This document shows positions 38,420 to 51,431 of a stretch of 64,000 nt of DNA, one piece after another. The notes below the pieces were generated by a model. The model made no database searches and was not told the origin of the DNA. It was given only the letters and a program-made list of their open reading frames with translations. This stretch comes from Chiloscyllium plagiosum (Eukaryota). The position numbers and the translations under genes were made by a program. Position 1 is the stretch's first letter. Every line of letters begins with the position of its first letter. The stretch is taken from positions 10,790,865 through 10,854,864 of the forward strand of contig NC_057752.1 of NCBI RefSeq assembly GCF_004010195.1, in the 5' to 3' direction.

Positions 38420-39330
38420 ATCTCCAAATTTAACAATCTCCCCTTGACATTCAACAGTATTACCATCACTTAATCCCTCACTATCAACATACCATCAACC
38501 AGAAACTGAATTGGACCAGCCACATAAATACAGATGGACTCGTGGTTATTGATTTTTGAGGGCTCTTGTGGCGCAGTACGCTTCTGGGCAAGAAGACCTA
38601 GATTTGAGTCCCACCTGCTTCAGAGATGTGTCACAACAAGTTGATTAAAAATATAAGTGAGCACGGATACAATTGCAGTTCAGAGCCAGGAAATCCTGCG
38701 GCAAGTAACTCCCCTCCTGATTCCCCAAAAGCCTGTCCACCAAGAACAAGGCACAGGTTAGGAGTGTGATGGAATACTCCCGACTTGCCTGGATGAGTGT
38801 AGGAGAAAGTGAGGACTGCAGATGCTGGAGATCAGAGCTGAAAATGTGTTGCTGGAAAAGCGCAGCAGGTCAGGCAGCATCCAAAGAGCAGGAGAATCGA
38901 CGTTTCGGGCATGAGCTCTTCTTCAGGAAGGATGAGCGTAGCCCCAACACAAGCAGCTCAACACCATCCAAGACAAAAAGCCTGCTTGATTGACATCCTC
39001 TCCATCACTAGCATACCATTGTACTCACCACAGCAATCTACAAGATGTAATACAGCAGTTCAGAAGACTCCTTCAGTAGCACCTTCCAAACCCATGGCCT
39101 CAGGGGAAGCAAGTGCACAAGAACACCACCACCTGCAAGTCACTGACCATCCTGACAAGAAAACATATTACCATTACCTGCAGTGGCACTGGGTCAAAAT
39201 GTAGAACTCCCTATGTATCGATGCATCATTAACATATGGACAGCAGCTTCTCACACCTCCTCAAGAAGTATTAGGAAGGGGCAACAAATATGGGCCTTGT
39301 CAATGACACTCATGCTATGAATGAATATTT
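38420..39330 (+). mobile_element. L2/CR1-group LINE 3' fragment with two nested inserts (short SINE 38559-38655; pLTR 38803-38929)
   Basis: KAQVRSVMEYSRLAWMS; same family as 15160-15800. Confidence 0.8.
38803..38929 (-). mobile_element. Solo Penelope pLTR (family A) with near-intact hammerhead at 38894-38929
   Basis: TSD GGATGAG(T/C)GTAG at 38791-38802 and 38930-38941; TTC-CTGAAGA-A-GAGC-TCAT-GCCC-GAA-ACGT-C-GATTC. Confidence 0.9.
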
Positions 39331-40147
39331 TTTTCAAAACTCCCCATGATTAGACAAAATATTAGAGAACAAAGTGTTGCCACAAAGAGGGATGACCATG
39401 AGAAATCAGGTGCACCAGCAAACTTGAGTAATAGTATCAAATTTGTCCACTAGTTACAAGTGTTGTGCTGGAACAGAGAAGGGTCTGGGCTTTACATCAA
39501 TGTTCCAAATCAAACCAAGCCTTTTTGAAAATCTCTGCAAATCTTCCTCTATTTACAAAAAGGCTGCAGTAACCTAATGGAGTTCGAACTCCGAGTCGAT
39601 ATACCTGAAAAGAATCAGGGTTAGCCTCCCAATCAGCACTTTGGGGAAACTAAATCCAGATCTTTATCTAGAAATAAACGAGTGATATGTTGCGCAAAAC
39701 CTAGTCCCTCATCGCCATAAGCTGTAGCATGATCAAGACTGACATCAAGTTCCTTATTTAATTCTCATTCTCCAAGAGAAGTTTACAATATAGCAAAGAC
39801 AAGAAAGGTAACCCTAAATATATTCACATGGCAAGAGGGGCACCACTGGCCAACACCACCAATCGTTATTGGTTGAAAATGATTTGAAGGTGATCCAATG
39901 AAATATGATGCACCACTCCTGCATGGGAGAAGTGGGCAAGATCAGATCCCAAGGATCTTTCCAAAGTCATTTTTCAACTGACTGTGGAGAGATACATATC
40001 CACGGTCTAACAATTTCGCCCCAGCTGAGACAGAAACGGTCTCTGCTCTCTTGCCTTTGTATAAGGGAGATCACGCATTCTGTGTGCGCAATACTATCAG
40101 TGCACCACCCTCCCATTCTTAGAAGGATGCCCACAGTTTTGTTTTTA

Positions 40148-40925
40148 AAGAATGATGAGACAGAATACAGGAAGGAGATAGAATGCTTGGTGTTGTGATG
40201 CAAAGTTAACAATCTCTCAATGTCAGCAAAACAAAAGAATTGATCATTGACATCGGTAAGAAAGGAGGAGGACGACATCAGCAGAGCTGAGGTGGAGAGG
40301 GTCGAGAGTGTTGATAACCAACTATCTATCCTGGATCACTTCTGTGGATGCGATGGTCAAGGCAGCACAACAACGCTTCTTCCTTAGGACACTAAGGAAA
40401 TTCGGCATGTCCATAAGGACCCTCACTCACTTTTAAAGATGCACCATACAAAGCATTCTATCCGGGTGCATCACTCTGCCCAAGACCGTAAGAAACTACA
40501 GAGAGTTGTGAACACAGCCCAAGTCCATTATGCAAGCCAACTTGCCATCCACTGACTCCATCTACACGTCCTGCTGCCATGGAAAACCAGCCTACATCAA
40601 AGACTCTTCCCACCCCGATTATGATCTCTTCCAACCTCTCCAGTCAGGCAGAAGACACAAAGGCTTAAACACATGCACCAACAGGTTCTGGAACAGCTTC
40701 TTCCCTGCTGTTGAGACTGCTGAATTGACCTTTCAAATCTAATGCAGATTTTGCTTTTGTACACCTCCTGTAAACCATAACATTGTATGCCTTGCACTGT
40801 TCACCCTATGGTCTGATTGAACTTGTTTACTATGATCTGCCTGTACTGCTCACAAAACAAAACTTTTCACTCTACTTGGATACATGCAACAACAATAATC
40901 AAAAGTAAAAATCAAATCAAAATAA
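40148..40925 (+). mobile_element. Rex/Babar-type LINE 3' fragment
   Basis: NDETEYRKEIECLV...NNLS...KTKELIID; TNRFWNSFFPAV; (ATCAA)n tail. Confidence 0.75.
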
Positions 40926-42334
40926 ATTCTGAACTTCAAAGCCTCAAGCATACAATCTGGTTTCTGTGACTAATAGGTTAACATTTACTAGTATCACAGG
41001 AAAGAAGTAGGAATAGTAATGAACACAGCAAAAAAACGCTCTTCCAGAACATCTTTTAAATTAGTTTCAGCTCATGATTTAAGCAACAGAAAAAAAAAAA
41101 TCATGGTCCTTCAAGGTTCAGTAGTTCAATATTGTTAATTATTAATAAAGCCAAAAAATAAACAGGAGTCATCTCACTTTCACAGAGCATGCTCACAATG
41201 GAGCTAGCAACTGTCTTCAACTACATTCATTTGGTGGCTGGCTGCAGTTTGCAAGGAACCAGTTCTGTCAGAACCTAATGCAGAGTTCAACAAGCCGAGA
41301 CAAAGCAAAATCTAATTCAACTAAATATTTAGCATGAATTACTTAACGTGTGAACTGATGCAATGTTCAACTCAACAATCCGATCCAATCAAGATCGTGC
41401 TCTTCGAATTCAAAAATGTCAACACTTCTCTGTGCTGATTGTGCTACATCAGAATCTAATGTTAATATATACCAAAATGTTGAGAACATTCAAAAGCAAC
41501 AAAATCAAATACTTTAACAGAAGTTAAATTGTTTGACAGTGCAGTACAAAGGCCATAACACTTGCAAAGGAGCAACAATGACTTGTTGGGCCGAAGAGCC
41601 CGTTTCCATACTGTCGGGAATCTAATCTAATCTAATCTAAAAACAATGACCATTATTCTGTTCACACTTTGTTTAGATGGTTAAAAAGCGAGCATGTCGT
41701 GGTCAGTATGATTTCCTATCAACACACAAGAAAGTCTTGAAGTAACTGTTTTGGTTCAAATTACCATCACACATTTGGAGAAGACTATAATCAGCATTTA
41801 ATAAATGACCTGCTCGCTAGTGCTAAGTTTGGATTCCGCAAGAACCACTCAGTTACTGACCTCATTAGGAGCCGTGATTCAAACATGGACAAAAGAGCAG
41901 AATTCCAGAAATGAGGTGAGAGTGACTGTCCATGATATCAGGGCCACATTCGTCAGAGTGTGGCATCAAGGAGCCCTAGCAAAACTAAAGTCAATGGAAA
42001 CAGGGGAAAACTTTGGTGGTTGAAGTGTAACTGTTACAAAAGACAATGATTGTGGTTGTTTCAAGTGAGTCATCTCAAATTCCAGGGTATCACTGAAAGA
42101 GTTCTTCACTGTGGTGTCCTAGACCCAAACATCAGTTGCTTCGCCAATGACCTTCCCTCCATCATAAGATCAGAAGTAGGAATATTCGCAGATGATTGCA
42201 CAACGTTCAGCACTGAAGCAGTTTGTATCCATTCACATCACGACCAGAACAACAGTCAAGAGAGTCATACATAAACAGATCCTTCAGTCGAACCTCGCCA
42301 AGCCGAACAAGTTTCCCAAACTAAACTAGCCCAA

Positions 42335-43090
42335 TGGGGAGGTGAGGGCTTAGTGGTATTATCACTACACTATGAATCCACAAACCTCAGTAATATTCTG
42401 GGAACCCGAGTTCTGGATGTAGGGTTGCTTGCTGAACTGGAAGGTTTGTTTTCAGACGTCTCATCACCATACTAGGTAACATCATCAGTGACCCTCCAGA
42501 TGAAGCACTGGTGGCAATGGCGGCAATGGCCTGTTTTCTGTGTGCGTTTAGGCTCCCTTGGGTTGCTGATGTCATTTCCTGTTCTTTTTTCTCCCACCCT
42601 TAAGGAAAAAGAACAGGAAATGACATCACCAACCCAAGGAAACCTAAACACAAAGAGAAAGCGAGCAACACCTTCGGTGCGTCATCTGGAGGCTAACTGA
42701 TGATGTTACCTCGTGTGGTGATGAGACGTCTGAAAACAAATCTTCCGGCTCAGTTAGCAAGCCTATATCTAGAACCTCAACCTGAGCTACAAATCTTCTC
42801 AGATCTCTCTCACCGGAGTTCAAATTCTGCCATGACAGGTGGTGGAATTCAAATTTAATGAATATATGGAATTAGAAGTCTAATGATGACAACAAAACCA
42901 CTGTCGATTGTCAGGAAAAGCCCATCGCATTCACTAATGCCCTCTTGAGAAGGAAACTGCCATCCCTAACTGGTCTGACCTACATGTGACTCCAGATCCA
43001 CAGCAATGTGGTTGACTCTTAACGCAATTAGGGAAGGGTAATAAATGCTGGCCTAGTCAGTGATACTACATTCTGTGAATAAATTTTTAA
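42335..43090 (+). mobile_element. tRNA-derived SINE split at its B box by a Penelope hairpin
   Basis: GGGGAGGTGAGGGCTTAGTGGTATT head; resumes GAGTTCAAATTCTGCC at ~42816; tail TAATAAATGCTGGCCTAG. Confidence 0.85.
42414..42811. mobile_element. Penelope-type pLTR hairpin (family C), ~180-bp arms, two hammerhead-like motifs (42453-42490 -, 42695-42732 +)
   Basis: TSD ACC(C/G)GAGTTC at 42404-42413 and 42812-42821; CTGATGA-T-GTTACC-N6-GGTGAT-GAG-ACGT-C-TG. Confidence 0.85.
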
Positions 43091-43719
43091 AAATGCCCTT
43101 GCCTTGAAACCTTTCCTATTCATGTGCCTGTCTAAATGTCATTTAAATATGAGAACTGTATCTGCATCCACCACTTCCTTTGGCTGCTCATACCACATAC
43201 GAATCATTGTGTGTGAAAACATTGCCCTTCAGGTCCCTTTTAAAATCTTTCCCCTCTCACCTTAAAAGGTATGCCCCCTAGTTCTGAACTCCCCTATCCT
43301 CGGAAAAAGACCTTTGCTATTTATCTTATCTATGCTCATGATTTTATAAATCTCTGCAAAGGTCACCCTCGGCCTCCTATGCTCCACTGAATGCATGACT
43401 GGGCTAATAAGTGGCAAGAATAGACAAGTGTTTGGATGAAGAGTAGGAGAATAGGTTTGGAGAGGTGTGGGGGGGCATTGGGTGTTGGGTCTGGAGGGAG
43501 AGGGACATGGAATGGGTCAAATGGAAGAGAATGAGGGCAGGGGTGTCTGGAGGGAGTGGGAACCAATGGATCTGAACAGGTTGATCAGAAAATATCCTAC
43601 AATGAGCTCACTGTCAAAAAGGAAAGCCCAATTCAACTGTGCTCGGAATTTGAAGGTACCATGGTGCTGAATCCTTTGGCTCAGGAGGTCCTTGCCTGAG
43701 TAGTTTGCACCGGGGAAAA

Positions 43720-45750
43720 TCCTAAAGTCCATGATGAAAGATTTAATAGAGTACTTGGAAAACAGGATCAGAAAGAGTCAGCATGAATTTTTCATAGATT
43801 TAACGAGTCGAACGAGAAGGGGCAGCCAGTGGATGCGGGAGACTTGGACTTTCAGAAAGCTTTTGATAAGGTCCCTCCTAAGAGAGTGTGTAAAATTTAA
43901 ACACATGGGATTGAGGTAGTGTCTTTTCCCTAGGATGGGGGTTTAAAGACTAGGGGGCACACTTTTAAGGTGAGAGGAGAAAGATTTAAAAAAGACATGA
44001 GGCATTTTTCTTTTACAGAGGGTGGTTCACGTGCGGAATGAGCTTCCTGGGAAAGTGGTGGATGTGGGTACAATTACAACATTTAAAAGACATTTGGATA
44101 GATACATAAATAGGAAAGGTTTGGTGGGACATGGGCCAGAAGCAGGCAGGTGGAACTAGTTTAATTAGGAATTATGATCAGCATGGACTAGTTGGACCAA
44201 AAGATCTGTTTCCGTACTGTACGACTCAATGACAACCCAAGGCCCGACTTTTAATTGCGATAAGTCCTGCCCTTGTTTGTTTTACCAAAATGCAAAACTT
44301 CGCATTTATCCAAATTAAACTCCATCTGCCACTCCTCACCCAATTGATCAAGATCTCTTTGTAAACCTTAGATAACCACCTTCACTATCCACTATTCCAT
44401 CCATTTTGGTGTCACTCACAAACATATTGACCATGCCTTCTATATTCTCATCTAAACCATGTAAATCACAAACAAAAAAGTGGACCCCAGCACTAATCCC
44501 TGTGGAACAGCACTGGTAACAGGCCTCCAGTCCAAAAATCATCACTCCCTGTCACTTGCCGTTAAACCAATTTTGTATCTAATTGGCAAGCTCACCCTGA
44601 ATCCCATGTGATCCGATTTACTAATTAATCTGCCATGTGGAACCTTGTCAAAGGCTTTACTGAAGTCCCAAGTAAACAATCCACCACTGTGCCTTCATCA
44701 ATCTTCTTGGTTACTTCCTCAAAACAAAACTCAATCAAATTTGTGAGACACTATTTCCCTCGCACAAAACCATGTTGACTATTCCTAATCATTCCTTGCG
44801 TCTCCAAATGCATATAGAGTCTAATCGTTCATAATCACCTCCACCAACTGACCCAAAGTCAGACTCACGGGTCTATAGTTTCCAAGCTTCTCCTTACATC
44901 CCTTTTAAATGAAGGCACATTAGCCACTCTCCAGTCATCCGGCACCTCGCCTGTAGTTATCGATAATACAAATATTTCTACATAGGGCCCTGCAATGTCC
45001 TCCCTAACTTCCCACAATTCCCTGGGATACAATTAATCAGGTCCCAGAGATTTATCCACTTATATTTTTTAAGAACTCCAGCACCTCCTCTTCTGTAATG
45101 TGAACCATTTTCAAAACATCAATATTTATTTCCCTGAGTTGTCTAGCCTCCATTTCTTACAGGAAAAAAAATGACAAATATTTATTTACTATCTCTCATC
45201 TGAGGTTCAATACAAAGATGACCTCTTTGACCTTTAAGGGGCCCATCTCTCTCTAGTTGCTCTCAATAGATTTGTAGAACCTCTTTGGATTATCCTTAGC
45301 CTTATTTACCAAGGCTATCTCATGTCCCCTCTTTGCCTTTCTGATCTCCCTCTTAAGAATGCCACTACACTCTTTATACTGTTCAAGAAATCATTTGAAC
45401 ACTTCCTATACCTAATACATGATTCTTTTTTATTCCTGACTAGAACTGCAATATCTTTATTCATCCACTGTTCTCTAATCATACCAGCCTTACCTTTCAC
45501 TCTAACAGGAACATAATGACTGAACTCTCATTATCACACTTTTGAATGCCTCCCACTTATCAGATGTCCCTTTACCTGCAAACAGTCTACTCCAATCAAC
45601 TTTTGAAAGTTCTTGTCTCATACCACTAAAATTTGCCTTACTCCAATTAAAAACTTATGTTTATCCTTTTCCATTACTATTTTAAAACAAATGTAATTAT
45701 GATCACTAGACCCAAAGTGTTCCCCCTATTGTCATTTCAGTCACTTGCCC
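43720..45750. mobile_element. CR1/HER1-like fragments: + strand pieces 43720-44232 and - strand body 44240-45750
   Basis: RT and 3' end on +; degenerate APE-RT on -. Confidence 0.85.
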
Positions 45751-45924
45751 TTCAAATAGACTGTTAAAAAAAACTGCCTTCTAATTGTACAGCTTTTTTT
45801 TCACAAAAAAACTTGAGCCATCCATATGCCAGCCTCTCCAAAAACTCTGTTAATTTAACTCATTTGCAAAAAATTCACACTAGTTTTGTTTTTTGCCTTT
45901 TTTTGCATTTTTGTCTATAAAAGT

Positions 45925-46140
45925 GAGCCTCTGGAATTCTCTACCACAAAGTGGTTGAGGCTAAAACATTGAATGTTTTCAAGGAGTTTAAATATAGGAG
46001 TTAGGACGAAAAGGATCAAAGATTATGGGGAGAAAGCGGGAATAGGGCACTGAGTTGGATGATCAACCATGACCAAACTGAATGGCAAAGCAGGCTCGAA
46101 GGGCAGAATGGCCAACTTCGCCTCCTATTTTTATGTTGTG
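45925..46140 (+). mobile_element. CR1 3' end fragment
   Basis: TGGAATTCTCTACCACA...GCAGGCTCGAAGGGCAGAATGGCC. Confidence 0.75.
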
Positions 46141-46659
46141 TGCGACAGATGAAACACCTTTTGATACTGACCCAGTGTTAACAGACACTATGATACAAGC
46201 TGTGTCCATAGGGTTCCTGAAGAAAATTGCAAAATTTGCTTGAGAGTTAACATCAGAATGTTTGCCATCGATACATAGCAAGCAGCAAATTAAGGTCAAA
46301 AGAGGAAGCCCAGAAACTAAAGAGTGCATAGTGGCTGGAAGTTGCAGATTCCTCCATCACACTCCCTGGCTATATTTATTGACATTACATGGAGTGCATC
46401 AAATTAGCTGAAGACTGGCATCTGTGATTTTGGGAGGCAGCCAAGATGGTCAACCACTCAGCTGAAGGATGCTGCATAGTCTTCTGATATGGCAGCCCTC
46501 TCCATAAAAGGGAGGATGGGGATATCTGTGGAGCAACCAGTGAGTTACGCATTATTTTACAGAACGGAAATAGGTCATTTGTGTTAAGTTGTCTACCACC
46601 ATTAACAACAGAATGTCACAGGACTGTTGAGCTTAGGTCTGATCTGTTGGTTGTGGAAT

Positions 46660-47785
46660 CTACCAGACCATAAGAAGTAGGCTGTTCAAATTATAGAGTT
46701 TGCTCCAGCATTCAATGCGATCATGGCTAAGCTGATAATCCTCAACTCCACTTTCATACCTTTTCCCCATAGCCTTGAATCCCTTATTGTTTAAAAATCT
46801 ATACATCTCAGCCTTAAATACACTTAACGACCCAGCCTCTACAACCCTCTGCAGTAAAGAGTTCTACAGGTTCACTACCCTCAGAGACAGAAATGAGGTG
46901 GAATTTCTTCTCTGTCCTCACAAAGGGAAACAGCATTTCCATATCCACCCTGTCAAGTCTCCAAGATGATTAGACATTTCAATACGATCACTTTGCATTC
47001 TTCTAAATTCCAACAATTACAGGCCCAACCTACACAACCTCCCCTCATAAGACAATCCCTCCATACCTGATATCAGCCGAGTGAGCCTTCTGTGGACTGC
47101 CTCCAATGCAAGTAGATCATTCCTAAGATAGGGAGCCCAAAACTGTTCACAGTATTCCAGCTATGGACTAACTAGAGCCTTGTGTAGCTTTAGCAAGACC
47201 ACCCTGCTTTTACATTGATTCCCTGTGAAGTCAAGGCCAACATTACATTTGCCTTCCCCATTACCGCCTGAAATTGGATGCTAGCTTTTTGTGATTAATG
47301 CGCAAGAACCCCTAAATCTGTGCTGTAGCTTTCTGCAGTCTTTCTCCATTTTTATAATATCCTGCTCCTCTATTCTTCCTGCCAAAGCGCATAGCCTCAC
47401 ATCCCCACACTATATTCCATGAGCCAAGTTTTTGCTCATGCACTCACCCTGTCTATACTTTACAAACTCTAAGTCATCCTCAGCACATGGTCTTCTCACT
47501 TGTATTGATGTCAACCACAAACTAGGCAACAGTACATCCACTTCCAAGTCATTCATCTAGATTTTAAATAATTGCGATCCCAGCGGCATCGATCCCTGTG
47601 GCACCCCACTATTTACAGGTTGCCATCCAGAAAAAGTCACCCTTCTTCCACCTCGGTCTTCTATTAGTTAGCCAATTTTCTACCCATGCTAATATTCGAC
47701 CTCCAACACCATGGACTCTTATCTTAAGTAGCCTAACATGTGGTACCTTATGAAACACTTATGAAAATCCAAATACATCACATCC
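46660..47785 (-). mobile_element. Old CR1-type LINE RT/3' fragment
   Basis: Same family as 930-2700 and 19255-21120 (GATCCCTGTGGCACCCCACT = VPQGS). Confidence 0.85.
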
Positions 47786-47804
47786 TCTTTATCTCGAAGT
47801 TCAA

Positions 47805-48305
47805 AACACAAGTCAGGAGTGTGATAGATACTGCCTACTTGCCTGGCTGAGTGCAGCTCCAACAACACTCAAGAAGCTCATCATCATCTTGGCCAAAGCA
47901 GTCCACTTGATCGACACCCCTTCCATCATGTTTAATATTCTCTTCTACCATTGGTGCACCGCATGTGCAATATGTGCCATTTACAAAGGTGCATTGTATA
48001 AAATCCCCAAGCATCTCTTTGACAGCACCTCCCAACCATTCCTTCCCGTCCCGACAACCTCCTCCACTGAGGTGGTCAAGGGCAACAAATACATGGAAAC
48101 CGACTGGTTCCCCTCCAAGCCATGCACTTCCCTGGGATGGAACTATATTAGCGTTCTTTCATAAGCGCAAAGTCACAGTCGCCCTTTTACACACTATGGA
48201 TGTACCATGGACCTCTGCAGTTCAAGAAACTAACTCACCATCACCTTAAAGGACAATAAATACTGGCCTTTTCAGTGACACTCACATCCCATGAACTAAT
48301 TAAAA
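47805..48305 (+). mobile_element. L2/CR1-group LINE 3' fragment
   Basis: CACAAGTCAGGAGTGTGAT...GCAGCTCCAACAACACTCAAGAAG; tail CAATAAATACTGGCC. Confidence 0.75.
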
Positions 48306-50227
48306 ATGCCAAGAAAGGATCCGAAATCCAACCATGCTGGTCACAGACATCATCACCAAGAGTCATACCCTCTCAAAGGTTAATTGAAGTGAGCATGAGA
48401 TATAAACCACATCTTTCCAAAGCGGTGTGTACTGATCAGTAAGAGAAGGGCAACATCAAGCAATGCAAAATTCACCTCAGTTGTTGTCAAGGGATTTACA
48501 TCCTATGCCAGGAATCAATACAGAAATGGAGACATAAGAAGGTTAGAATATAGTACGCTTGGTAATTCAACCAAGATATTCTGTAGAACTCATCAACAAA
48601 TGATATGTTCAAGCTAGTTGTGAATATTGTAATCAGCAAAATCCTACAAACCGCATTTCCAAGCCTAGCAAAATAAAATCATCATGCCAAATTTCCACTT
48701 AAACAATCCAAATTTTATAGCAGCATAGGCAACTCACTTCTCATCTCACTTCCTCTTAAAATATTAACCTCATCTAATCTAGATCGCATGTATCACCCAA
48801 ACAGAACAACCAGCTAGTGTTTACCCCTTTTAAAACATTGGAGACATGCCCTACTTTTCAAGTGCAGGTACGCAGTCTTTTAAAACTAACACTTTAGAAA
48901 ATAGGCAACACTATAGGAGCTTTTAGGTTTTTTTTAAAATGTGTACTGGCACTATCATTTTTTTTGACACAAAATACATAAAAAGATTTATTGGTGCTTA
49001 AGGTCCTGCTGCAATGTCACATTATGGTTGACATTCCAAAATTGCTGAACCACAAACAAACATCACTGCATCAGTCCAATCAAATATATTCTTTTCTACA
49101 ATGTTATGCCATTTCCAACTTGGAAGGTAAGTAGGCTTTTGCACTACTTATTCCAAGCTAACCTAGATGTGCAGGTACAGCCTACAAAAAAACAATCCTC
49201 TAATGAATGGGACACATCATGTTCCTCTCTACACCCTTTCCCAATGAGCTACCATTTCAAAACACACAGTCAAAGCTGAACAATATCAGAGCTCAGCATT
49301 GAGTGCTTTAGACCATGGTATTTTCTGTAATATTGACAAATCTTATAACAGTATTTACCTTAAGAAAAGCACCTGACAACATTTAGGGAGATTTAAAATC
49401 CAAGTCCGAATGTAGTTCAAATGCTCTGCATCACAATTTATACTACAAAACATAACCAAACTTGCCAAGGCAACTTGTGGCATTGCAAATGAACTATCCT
49501 GTTTGAATTTAAACTTTAAGCATACACTATGATGAGGGGCATTGGATTATAGCCTTACCAGGAAAATGAACAAATCATAGAATGTGACTCTGAGCAAAAA
49601 AAAAGTTAATTTGCTCGACTGACCTGCAAGAAATTGAATGTCCCAGGGGTACGGTAGTGTGTCTTTGTCTTATAGGTGGAATGTGGGAGGTGTACATGTC
49701 AATTTCCTTACCATTCAGGAATGATTTACATTTTCATCCAGAAATCAATAAGAACATTACAGTTGGAATTTGACTACTCTCCTATAGTTACAAAAAACGA
49801 TTTGCAACAGATTTGACCATTCAGGGATGAATTGCAGTATATATTTTCTGGAGGTGGGGTGGTCACTGCATGTGACTATGAGGGGATGGCTGGGGTTGTC
49901 TTGTGGGCATTGCCAACTGTGATGTAAAGATTTTTGTATAAAGAAAAGACTGTTTCCTTTGTTCAAGGAGAGCTTTTGCCACTGGCCCGTAAGTCCTCCG
50001 AAATGTTAAAGGTTTGTCCAAAGCTTGTACTGTGCGCCTAATAAATTTTGCTTATTCACACAAGTTGGCGTTTGCAATTGCATCAAGTGTGTAAGAATCT
50101 CAAAGAGTAAAAGAAAAGAACTTAACAACCCTAAAATGTCAGAGAACACTGACAACCCACTGCTCCAAAAATACAATTTGCCATTCAATCACTGAAGAGG
50201 ATTACAACCATCAAATTGGAGTTAATT

Positions 50228-50345
50228 GGGAGTCCTTGTAGTGCAGTGGTATTATCCCTACCTCTGGCCAGAAAGTCTGGGTTCGATTCCCACCTACCCC
50301 AGATGTGTCACAACAGCCTGAACATGTTGATGAAAAAAAAATCTG
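50228..50345 (+). mobile_element. Short tRNA-derived SINE
   Basis: TAGTGCAGTGGTA A box, GGTTCGATTCC B box, A-rich end. Confidence 0.7.
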
Positions 50346-51431
50346 AGCCATATGGATAACAAAATTCAGTTCATTATTAATATTGAACTTTCAAGTACAT
50401 CACTAAGAATTCAGTTTGAGTAAAGACAGTCGAGTTATCCGAAATGCTTTGTATTTAATACATACTTTTTTATAACAGGAAGAAAAAAAATGCTACACCA
50501 CCTCTTAAAATGAGATTCAGCAGCGATGACTCATAGGAGTGAGCTGCAGCCACCTACACACATCTGTCAACAGAATTCTCTTTGTCTGAGGTTTCTTTAC
50601 ATGATAGTGATGCCTTTGCATTAAAAAATAAATTGACACCATTTAAGATATTGCTGACTTCAGGGTACAGGTGATTGAAAACCAGTGGGAAATAAAAACT
50701 TGTGCAACACAGAAATCCAAATGTACTCTCTCTCAGTGTGAGAGAAAATATTTTTAAAAATAGCTAAAGTGCCAAGATAACAGGATGAGTCACCTTGGGC
50801 CACTCTTGTGTACCCTCTGATAGTTCATAACAATACTATAAAAGTCCTAAAGAAGATGCTCTGACATTGCTTCCAGGGAATGGTGTGGGAGAGTCTTCAA
50901 GCAGTTGCATGGGTACAACATTAAGTCAATGAGACAAGCCCATTAATAAAATTCATTTTTCCATGAACTAGAAGGGTCCGAAAGAGAAATCGTGTGGAAT
51001 GACATGGTCCTAAAAGTTACAACACACTTCCAAATCCTGACATGCTTGTATCCAAATTATTTTCAGACTCAATCTTGTTTAGTTATAGTGCAGCCAATCC
51101 TATTATTAGCAAGCCTGGTTGCCAACCTATTACACAGAGAAAGATTCCACCATTCCAATCAAAGCTGCCTCACTGCAAAAACAAAATCCCCCATATATCA
51201 GTAACAGCTGAAAAAAGCTGCTTAAAACACCACTCTTAGTAACACTGATGTGTAGATATTTGCTCTCTTATAAAGCCAAAATGCAATTAGAATTTCATTA
51301 TTTGAACTATTTATGAAACATGTCCTTGCTATGTGACTGAACGTCGTGTTTCATGATACTTCTGCTCCATATACAGATACTTGGCAAAATTAAAGCTAAA
51401 CTAGAGCAAAAGTAAAAAACAACTATCCAAT

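Larger units (their letters stand above)
42260..43395 (-). mobile_element. HER1-like 3' fragment split by a SINE (pieces 42260-42333 and 43095-43395)
   Basis: AGAGTCATA..AAACAGATCCTTCAGTC tail; AAACCTTTCCTATTCATG continuation. Confidence 0.75.
41790..43425 (+). mobile_element. L2/CR1-group LINE RT fragment split by nested insertions
   Basis: DIRATFVRVWHQG, FANDLPSIIRSEVGIFADDCT; resumes near 43396 (TGGGCTAATAAGTGGCAA). Confidence 0.7.
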
